NCBI GenBank assembly: GCA_964016885.1
Contig: OZ024740.1
Coordinates: forward strand, 343,604,001-343,668,000
Source: Eledone cirrhosa
Lineage: Eukaryota
Direction: 5' to 3'
Length of the DNA stretch: 64,000 nucleotides
The notes beneath the pieces are model-generated. The model made no database searches. It was given only the letters and a program-made list of their open reading frames with translations, and was not told where the DNA came from. The position numbers and the translations under genes were made by a program. Positions 54,101 to 64,000 of this stretch are shown here, piece by piece. How positions within the stretch are numbered: the first letter of the stretch is position 1; each line of letters begins with the position of its first letter.

Positions 54101-57100
54101 GTGTTGACTTTGGTGGTAGTATTGATGGTGGTATTGGTGGTGGTATTGGTGGTGGTATTGGTGGTGGTATTGGTGGTGGTATTGGTGGTGGTATTGGTGG
54201 TGGTATTGGTGGTGGTATTGGTGTTGGTATTGGTGGCGGTATTGGTGGTAGTATTGGTGGTGGTATTGGTGGTGGTATTGGTGGTGGTATTGGTGGTGGT
54301 ATTGGTGGTGGTATTGGTGGTGGTATTGGTGGTGGTATTGGTGGTAGTATTGGTGGTAGTATTGGTGGTGGTATTGGTGTTGACTTTGGTGGTAGTATTG
54401 ATGGTGGTATTGGTGGCGGTATTGGTGGTAGTATTGGTGGTAGTATTGGTGGTGGTATTGGTGGTGGTATTGGTGATGGTATTGGTGGTGGTATTGGTGG
54501 TGGTATTGGTGGTGTTATTGGTGGTGGTATTGGTGGTGGTATTGGTGGTCTTAGTATTGGTGGTGGTATTGGTGTTGGTATTGGTGGTGGTATTGGTGGT
54601 GGTATTGGTGGTGGTATTGGTGGTGGTATTGGTGGTGGTATTGGTGGTAGTATTGGTGGTGGTATTGGTGGTGGTATTGGTGGTGGTATTGGTGGTGGTA
54701 TTGGTGGTGGTATTGGTGGTGGTATTGGTGGTCTTAGTATTGGTGGTGGTATTGGTGGTGGTATTGGTGGTGGTATTGGTGGTGGTATTGGTGGTGGTAT
54801 TGGTGGTGGTATTGGTGGTGGTATTGGTGGTGGTATTGGTGGTCTTAGTATTGGTGGTGGTATTGGTGGTGGTATTGGTGGTGGTATTGGTGGTGGTATT
54901 GGTGGTGGTATTGGTGGTGGTATTGGTGGTGGCATTGGTGGTGGTATTGGTGGTCTTAGTATTGGTGGCGGTATTGGTGGTGGTATTGGTGGTGGTATTG
55001 GTGGTGGTATTGGTGGTAGTATTGGTGGTAGTATTGGTGGTAGTATTGGTGGTGGTATTGGTGGTGGTATTGGTGATGGTATTGGTGGTGGTATTGGTGG
55101 TGGTATTGGTGGTAGTATTGGTGGTAGTATTGGTGGTAGTATTCGTGGTAGTATTGGTGGTGGTATTGGTGGTAGTATTGGTGGTAGTATTGGTGATGGT
55201 ATTGGTGATGGTATTGGTGGCGGTATTGGTGGCGGTATTGGTTTTGGTATTGGTGGTGGTATTCATGGTGGTATTGGTGGTGGTATTGGTGGTGGTATTG
55301 GTGGTGGTATTGGTGGTGGTATTGGTGATGGTATTGGTGGCGGTATTGGTGGCGGTATTGGTTTTGGTATTGGTGGTGGTATTCATGGTGGTATTGGTGG
55401 TGGTATTGGTGGTGGCATTGGTGGTGGTATTGGTGGTGGTATTGGTTTTGGTATTGGTGGTGGTATTCATGGTAGTATTGGTGGTGGTATTCATGGTGGT
55501 ATTGGTGGTGGTATTGGTGGTGGTATTGGTGGTGGTATTGGTGGTGGTATTGGTGGTGGCATTGGTGGTGGTATTGGTGGTGGTATTGGTTTTGGTATTG
55601 GTGGTGGTATTGGTGGTGGTATTGGTGGTAGTATTGGTGGTGGTACTGGTGGTGGTATTGGTTTTGGTATTGGTGGTGGTATTGGTGGTGGTATTGGTGG
55701 TGGTATTGGTGGTAGTATTGGTGGTGGTACTGGTGGTGGTATTGGTTTTGGTATTCATGGTAGTATTGGTGGTGGTATTGGTGGTGGTATTGGTGGTGGT
55801 ATTAGTGATGGTACTGGTGGTGGTATTGGTTTTGGTATTGGTGGTGGTATTGGTGGTGGTATTGGTTGTGGTATTGGTGGTGGTATTGGTGGTGGTATTG
55901 GTGGTGGTATTGGTGGTGGTATTGGTAGTGGTATTGGTGGTGGTATTGGTGGTGGTATTGGTGGTGGTATTGGTAGTGGTATTCATGGTAGTATTGGTGG
56001 TGGTATTGGTGGTAGTATTGGTAGTGGTATTGGTGGTGGTATTCATGGTAGTATTGGTGGTGGTATTGGTGGTGGTATTGGTGGTGGTATTAGTGATGGT
56101 ACTGGTGGTGTTATTGGTTTTGGTATTGGTGGTGGTATTGGTGGTGGTATTGGTTGTGGTATTGGTGGTGGTATTGGTAGTGGTATTCATGGTAGTATTG
56201 GTGGTGGTATTGGTGGTGGTATTGGTAGTGGTATTGGTGGTGGTATTCATGGTAGTATTGGTGGTGGTATTGGTGGTGGTATTGGTGGTGGTATTAGTGA
56301 TGGTACTGGTGGTGGTATTGGTATTGGTGGTGGTATTCATGGTAGTATTGGTTGTGGTATTGGTGGTGGTATTGGTAGTGGTATTGGTGGTGGTATTGGT
56401 GGTGGTATTGGTGGTGGTATTGGTGGTGGTATTAGTGATGGTACTGGTGGTGGTATTGGTTTTGGTATTGGTGGTGGTATTGGTGGTGGTATTGGTTGTG
56501 GTATTGGTGGTGGTATTGGTGGTAGTATTGGTGGTAGTATTGGTGGTGGTATTGGTGGTGGTATTGGTTGTGGTATTTTGTGGTGGTATTGGTGGTAGTA
56601 TTGGTGGTAGTATTGGTTGTGGTATTGGTGGCGGTATTGGTAGTGGTATTGGTGGTGGTATTGGTGGTGGTATTGGTGGTGGTATTGGTAGTGGTATTCA
56701 TGGTAGTATTGGTGGTGGTATTGGTGGTGGTATTGGTGGTGGTATTGGTGGTAGTATTGGTGGTGGTATTGGTGGTGGTATTGGTAGTGGTATTCATGGT
56801 AGTATTGGTGGTGGTATTAGTGGTAGTATTGGTGGTAGTATTGGTGGTGGTATTGGTGGCGGTATTGGTAGTGGTATTGGTGGTGGTATTGGTGGTGGTA
56901 TTGGTGGTGGTATTGGTGGTGGTATTGGTGGTGGTATTGGTGGCGGTATTGGTAGTGGTATTGGTGGTGGTATTGGTGGTGGTATTGGTGGTGGTATTGG
57001 TGGTGGTATTGGTGGTGGTATTGGTGGCGGTATTGGTGGTGGTATTGGTGGTGGTATTGGTGGTGGTATTGGTGGTGGTATTCATGGTGGTATTGGTGGC

Positions 57101-60100
57101 GGTATTGGTGGTGGTATTCATGGTGGTATTGGTGGTGGTATTGGTGGTGGTATTGGTGGTGGTATTGGTGGTGGTATTGGTGGTGGTATTGGTGGCGGTA
57201 TTGGTGGTGGTATTCATGGTGGTATTGGTGGTGGTATTGGTGGTGGTATTGGTGGTAGTATTGGTGGTGGTATTGGTGGTGGTATTGGTGGTGGTATTGG
57301 TGGTGGTATTGGTGGTGGTATTGGTGGTGGTATTGGTGGCGGTATTGGTGGCGGTATTCATGGTGGTATTGGTGGTGGTATTGGTGGTGGTATTGGTGGT
57401 GGTATTGGTGGTGGTATTGGTGGTGGTATTGGTGGTGGTATTGGTGGTGGTATTGGTGGTGGTATTGGTGGTGGTATTGGTGGCGGTATTGGTGGTGGTA
57501 TTCATGGTGGTATTGGTGGTGGTATTGGTGGTGGTATTGGTGGTGGTATTGGTGGTGGTATTCATGGTAGTATTGGTGGTGGTATTGGTGGTGGTATTGG
57601 TGGCGGTATTGGTGGTGGTATTGGTGGCGGTATTGGTGGTGGTATTGGTGGTGGTATTGGTGGTGGTATTGGTGGTGGTATTGGTGGTAGTATTGGTGGT
57701 GGTATTGGTGGTGGTATTGGTGGTGGTATTGGTGGTAGTATTGGTGGTGGTATTGGTGGTGGTATTCATGGTGGTATTGGTGGTGGTATTGGTGGTGATA
57801 TTGGTGGTGGTATTCATGGTAGTATTGGTGGTGGTATTGGTGGTGGTATTGGTGGTGGTATTGGTGGTGGTATTCATGGTGGTATTGGTGGTGGTATTGG
57901 TGGTGGTATTGGTGGTAGTATTGGTGGTGGTATTGGTGGTGGTATTCATGGTGGTATTGGTGGTGGTATTGGTGGTGGTATTGGTGGCGGTATTGGTGGT
58001 GGTATTCATGGTGGTATTGGTGGTGGTATTGGTGGTGGTATTGGTGGTGGTATTGGTGGTGGTATTCATGGTGGTATTGGTGGTGGTATTGGTGGTGGTA
58101 TTGGTGGCGGTATTGGTGGTGGTATTCATGGTGGTATTGGTGGTGGTATTGGTGGCGGTATTGGTGGTGGTATTGGTGGTGGTATTCATGGTAGTATTGG
58201 TGGTGGTATTGGTGGTGGTATTGGTGGCGGTATTCATGGTAGTATTGGTGGTGGTATTGGTGGTGGTATTGGTGGCGGTATTCATGGTGGTATTGGTGGC
58301 GGTATTCATGGTGGTATTGGTGGTGGTATTGGTGGTGGTATTGGTGGTGGTATTGGTGGTGGTATTGGTGGTGGTATTCATGGTGGTATTGGTGGCGGTA
58401 TTCATGGTGGTATTGGTGGTGGTATTCATGGTGGTATTGGTGGTGGTATTGGTGGTGGTATTGGTGGTGGTATTGGTGGTGGTATTCATGGTGGTATTGG
58501 TGGTGGTATTGGTGGTGGTATTGGTGGTGGTATTGGTGGTGGTATTGGTGGTGGTATTGGTGGCGGTATTGGTGGTGGTATTGGTGGTGGTATTGGTGGT
58601 GGTATTGGTGGTGGTATTGGTGGTGGTATTGGTGGTGGTATTGGTGGTGGTATTGGTGGTGGTATTGGTGGTGGTATTGGTGGTGGTATTCATGGTGGTA
58701 TTGGTGGTGGTATTGGTGGTGGTATTGGTGGCGGTATTCATGGTGGTATTGGTGGTGGTATTGGTGGTGGTATTGGTGGCGGTATTCATGGTGGTAGTAT
58801 TGGTGGTGGTATTGGTGGTGGTATTGGTGGCGGTACTCATGGTGGTATTGGTGGTGGTATTGGTGGTAGTATTGGTGGTGGTATTGGTGGTGGTATTGGT
58901 GGTGGTATTGGTGGTGGTATTGGTGGCGGTATTGGTGGTGGTATTGGTGGTGGTATTGGTGGCGGTATTGGTGTTAGTATTGGTGGTAGTATTGGTGGTG
59001 GTATTGGTGGTGGTATTGGTGGTGGTATTGGTGGTGGTATTGGTGGTAGTATTGGTGGTAGTATTGGTGGTAGTATTGGTGGTAGTATTGGTGGTAGTAT
59101 TGGTGGTAGTATTGGTGGTGGTATTGGTGGTGGTATTGGTGGTAGTATTGGTGGTAGTATTGGTGGTGGTATTGGTGGTGGTATTGGTGGTGGTATTGGT
59201 GGTGGTATTGGTGGCGGTATTGGTGGTGGTATTGGTGGTAGTATTGGTGGTAGTATTGGTGGCGGTATTGGTGGTAGTATTGGTGGCGGTATTGGTGGCG
59301 GTAAGGGTGGTAGTATTGGTGGTGGTATTGGTGGTGGTATTGGTGGTGGTATTGGTGGTGGTATTGGTGGCGGTAAGGGTGGTGGTATTGGTGGTGGTAT
59401 TGGTGGTAGTATTGGTGGTGGTATTGGTGGCGGTAAGGGTGGTAGTATTGGTGGTGGTATTGGTGGCGGTAAGGGTGGTGGTATTGGTGGTAGTATTGGT
59501 GGTGGTATTGGTGGCGGTATTGGTGGTAGTATTGGTGGTGGTATTGGTGGTGGTATTGGTGGTAGTATTGGTAGCGGTATTGGTGGCGGTAAGGGTGGTA
59601 GTATTGGTGGTGGTATTGGTGGCGGTAAGGGTGGTGGTATTGGTGGAGTATTGGTGGTGGTATTGGTGGCGGTATTGGTGGTAGTATTGGTGGTGGTATT
59701 GGTGGTGGTATTGGTGGTAGTATTGGTGGTGGTATTGGTGGTAGTATTGGTAGCGGTATTGGTGGCGGTAAGGGTGGTAGTATTGGTGGTGGTATTGGTG
59801 GCGGTAAGGGTGGTAGTATTGGTGGTAGTATTGGTGGTGGTATTGGTGGTGGTATTGGTGGTGGTATTGGTGATGGTATTGGTGGTAGTATTGGTGGTGG
59901 TATTGGTGGTGGTGTTGGTGGTGGCATTGGTGGTGGTATTGGTGGTAGTATTGGTGGTGGTATTGGTGGTACTATTGGTGGTGGTATTGGTGGTGGTATT
60001 GGTGGTGGTATTGGTGATGGTATTGGTGGTAGTATTGGTGGTAGTATTGGTGGTGGTATTGGTGGTGGTATTGGTGGTGGTATTGGTGGTGGTATTGGTG

Positions 60101-61750
60101 ATGGTATTGGTGGTGGTATTGGTGATGGTATTGGTGGCGGTATTGGTGGTGGTATTGGTGGTAGTATTGGTGGCGGTATTGGTGGTGGTATTGGTGGTGG
60201 TATTGGTGGTAGTATTGGTGGTGGTATTGGTGGTGGTATTGGTGGTGGTATTGGTGGTGGCATTGGTGGTGGTATTGGCGGTGGTATTGGTGGTGGTATT
60301 GGTGGTAGTATTGGTGGTGGTATTGGTGGTGGTATTGGTGGTGGTATTGGTGGTAGTATTGGTGGCGGTATTGGTGGTGGTATTGGTGGTGGTATTGGTG
60401 GTAGTATTGGTGGTGGTATTGGTGGTAGTATTGGTGGTGGTATTGGTGGTGGGATTGGTTGTGGTATTGGTGGTGGTATTGGTGGTAGTATTGGTGGCGG
60501 TATTGGTGGTGGTATTGGTGGTGGTATTGGTGGTGGTATTGGTGGTGGTATTGGTGGTGGTATTGGTGGTAGTATTGGTGGCGGCATTGGTGGTGGTATT
60601 GGTGGCGGTATTGGTGGTGGTATTGGTGGTGGTATTGGTGGTGGTATTGGTGGTAGTATTGGTGGCGGTATTGGTGGTGGTATTGGTGGTAGTATTGGTG
60701 GCGGTATTGGTGGTGGTATTGGTGGTAGTATTGGTGGCGGTATTGGTGGTAGTATTGGTGGTGGTATTGGTGGTGGTATTGGTGGTGGTATTGGTGGTAG
60801 TATTGGTGGCGGTATTGGTGGTGGTATTGGTGGTGGTATTGGTGGTAGTATTGGTGGTGGTATTGGTGGTAGTATTGGTGGTGGTATTGGTGGTGGTATT
60901 GGTTGTGGTATTGGTGGTGGTATTGGTGGTGGTATTGGTGGTGGTATTGGTGGTAGTATTGGTGGCGGTATTGGTGGTGGTATTGGTGGTGGTATTGGTG
61001 GTAGTATTGGTGGTGGTATTGGTGGTGGTATTGGTGGTGGTATTGGTGATGGTATTGGTGGTGGTATTGGTGATGGTATTGGTGGCGGTATAGGTGGTGG
61101 TATTCGTGGTAGTATTGGTGATGGTATTGGTGGTGGTATTGGTGGTGGTATTCATGGTAGTATTGGTGGTGGTATTCGTGGTGGTATTGGTAGTGGTATT
61201 CGTGGTAGTATTGGTGGTGGTATTGGTGGTGGTATTGGTGGTGGTATTTGTGGTACTATTGGTGGTAGTATTGGTGGTGGTATTGGTGATGGTGTTAGTA
61301 TTGGTGGTCGTATTCGTGGTGGTATTTGTGGCGGTATTGGTGTCGGTAAGGTTGGTGGTATTGGTGGTGGTATTGGTGGCGGTAAGGGTGGTGGTGTTGG
61401 TAGCGGTATTGGTGGCGGTAAGGGTGGTAGTATTGGTTGTGGTATTGGTGGCGGTAAGGGTGGTGGTATTGGTGGTGGTATTGGTGGTGGTATTGGTGGT
61501 AGTATTGGTGGTGGTACTGGTGGTGGTATTGGTGGTAGTATTGGTGGTGATATTGGTGGTAGTATTGGTGGTAGTATTGGTGGTGGTATTTGTGGTGGTA
61601 TTGGTGGTAGTATTGGTGGTGGTATTGGTGGTGGTATTGGTGGTAGTATCGGTGGTGATATTGGTGGTGGTATTAGAGTTTGTTTTGGTGGTGGTAGTGG
61701 TGGCGGTATTGGTCGTGGTATTGGTGGTGGTAGTTGTTGTGGTGGTAGTA
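51180..61750. repeat. ~10.6-kb satellite with the 12-bp unit GGTGGTGGTATT and higher-order structure
   Basis: Continuous array with variant units (ggtggtagtatt, ggtggcggtatt, catggtggtatt, ggttttggtatt, ggcggtaagggt) clustered in sub-domains. Confidence 0.98.
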
Positions 61751-63402
61751 TTTCTCGCCGTTTTAATCATCACTAGCATCAAACATCAACAGCATCATCA
61801 CCCTCTCATTATTCTAATCAACCTCATCATCGTCATCGTCACGACGACGACGACTGCAGCGGCGGCAGCGGTGACGGCGGCGATGTTGACGACGACGACG
61901 GCGGCGGCCAGGACCACCACCACCACCACCACCACCATAATTAACCCCTTATCACCATCGCCACCACTACCACCACCACCACAACCACCACCACAACCAC
62001 CACCACCACCACCACTACCATCACCACCACCACTACCAACACCACAACAACAACCACCACGACGACCACCACCACCACCACAATCACCACCACCACAACC
62101 ACCACCACCAACACCACCTGTCCGCCACCATATATATGTATACATATATGATTTTATTTCGGTGTAGCTTCAATGCTAAAAACTTTCATCTTGTCTGTCT
62201 TTGTTTCAGCTATTCTGCCTGTGTTCATATGCTTTATACATATTCTGCATCTGTTAACTGGAAGATGTGCATTCCCTGACTTCATCAGACAGAGAAGTAC
62301 TTTACTGAAACTGGAGTCGACATTGCTTTCTTCTGGTTGTTTAGTTTTGTGACTCGTTCAATTATTTTATGCAGAAATGAAAAAAATAATTTCTCACTTA
62401 CTTACTCTCCTATACAAAAATAAATGAACGAACATATAATACTTATCCCAAGAACAAATTAATTTAAACAACACTCCGAATAATATTCTTATAATTGTGT
62501 CAAACTTATGACGTACACATAGTTTCTGTGCCATTCACTTACATACAGAGAATCCCTGGAACTGAGATAAAGACAAGGTGAAAATGTTCTGCAAGGAACC
62601 TAGTCAGTAATCGAATTACTAGTCAGCTCTTCCGAGCATTTAACTTTCTGAGGCTCTGAACTCTATTTTTCTCTCTCTCTTTTATTCCCGTACACAGTAT
62701 AGATATAGCTCCGTAATTCTTTGGACGGAAAGAAAAAACAACACTTTAAGTCTAAACTGTCTCTTTTCCATATATAGTTTTACCTGTGCGTACTAATTTG
62801 ATGAAAATTATAACATTTCCCTAGTCACTCTTCTACACAAAGTGAAAGAACCACCTATCGGTAGTTTAGTTGATGGGACAACTGAAATATTAATTACCAA
62901 AATAGACAGAGAATCTATTATTAATTAATTACTCTTGAGTAGACTCATGAATAAAATGTTGCAGACTAGAAAAATTCCACTCTGAAGCAAACAATCGAAT
63001 TTAGTCGAAGGTTGACTGAATATTTGATGCTCTGCTTCTTACAACAGCAATATATAAGTCATCTTTTCCTCGCCAATTTCAAAGACACTGTAAAACATCA
63101 TAGGCGCTGCTGTCCACTTTTGATTAAGCTATAAAAAATGATTTTAAGTGGATACAAGTGGGAATGGAATGGAGTCAAATAAAGAATCATAGCCGAAACT
63201 CAGGTAAAATATAAACCGAAATATTAATCATAGCCTTGTCATATATGAACCTTCTCTAACAGCTTTGTGAGAATGACGCAGTTATAGGGCGGAAGAGGCC
63301 ATTAGAGCAGAAACATTTCATATATTTAATTCTAACTTCAATTTCAGCTGGTTTGTATATACATTCTCCCTTTTTAGATTAGTTATGTACAGACATTATA
63401 AT

Positions 63403-63625
63403 GGTTTCTTATATAGGCACAAGGCCAGCAACTTTGGGAGAGGGGAAAGTCGATTATATCGACCCCAGTGCGTGACTGGTACTTTATTTTATCGACCCCG
63501 TAAGGATGAAAGACAAAGTTAACCTCGGCGGGATTTGAACGCAGATCATAAAGCGTCGTAACTCTGTGCAGCAAAGCATGGTGTCCGACTCGACTCTCTA
63601 CCGATACTGCCAATCAACCGCCCCT
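63403..63625 (-). mobile_element. Full-length SINE-A (long subtype) with a 17-bp TSD
   Basis: TSD tgtacagacattataat at 63386-63402 and 63626-63642. A/B boxes and core present. Confidence 0.92.
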
Positions 63626-64000
63626 TGTACAGACATTATAATATTTTAAAGATAGTTATATCATTCAGCTATGAAAGTTTGTATTTGTAGTTTGTGAATA
63701 AAATCTATAATATAAAGTGATTTTAATGAAAATGATACAAGAAAATCAAAAAAGGAAAATAATAGACGGATAGAGAAATAGAGAAAGAATGAAAGTGAGC
63801 TTGGAAAAGACAAATAAAGAGATATAGAGAAGGATTGAGTACATGAAAGGGGAAAATGCCTCATGCTTTCTGAAGAAAATATACATTGTTTCAAAAAGAC
63901 AATTTAAGAAATAAGAATATAACAATGTAGAATTTCGTTAAATGTTAATGTATTTTATAATACTACTTCAAGAAAACAATAACGAAAAGAACATAAAAAA

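Noticed and set aside
51389-61093. 3234-aa poly-Val/Leu/Gly ORF and the overlapping PPPI and HHQY ORFs
   Set aside because: The 12-bp unit has no stop in any frame, so giant ORFs on both strands are expected. No domain is present and the peptide changes character at frame slips.
51180-61750. Telomeric or interstitial telomere array
   Set aside because: The unit is GGT-based, not the TTAGGG repeat expected for molluscs and most animals, and unique DNA flanks both sides.

Overview
AT-rich, repeat-saturated eukaryotic DNA, either intergenic or a large intron. The extreme (TA)n/(CA)n/(GAT)n/(ATT)n load and the dominant tRNA-derived SINE resemble octopus (coleoid cephalopod) DNA; this is inference, not verified. 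No host protein-coding gene is supportable, and almost all listed ORFs are microsatellite read-throughs. Real coding content is decayed non-LTR retrotransposons: a near full-length Tx1/L1-clade element (30.36-35.76 kb, +) with four 5'-truncated copies and one old RT relic, two R4/Dong-type RLE elements (27.1-29.5 kb and 35.8-38.5 kb, -), and an old RTE remnant (18.4-19.4 kb). There are also about 20 copies of one tRNA-headed SINE, two other SINE-like families, hAT-like and mariner-like MITEs, foldback elements, degenerate hammerhead-like motifs, and a 10.6-kb (GGTGGTGGTATT)n satellite with an internal 2,427-bp tandem duplication. The most notable pattern is that the Tx1 copies split into two 3'UTR types, one associated with (TATC)n and the other with (ATT)n, suggesting microsatellite-specific targeting.
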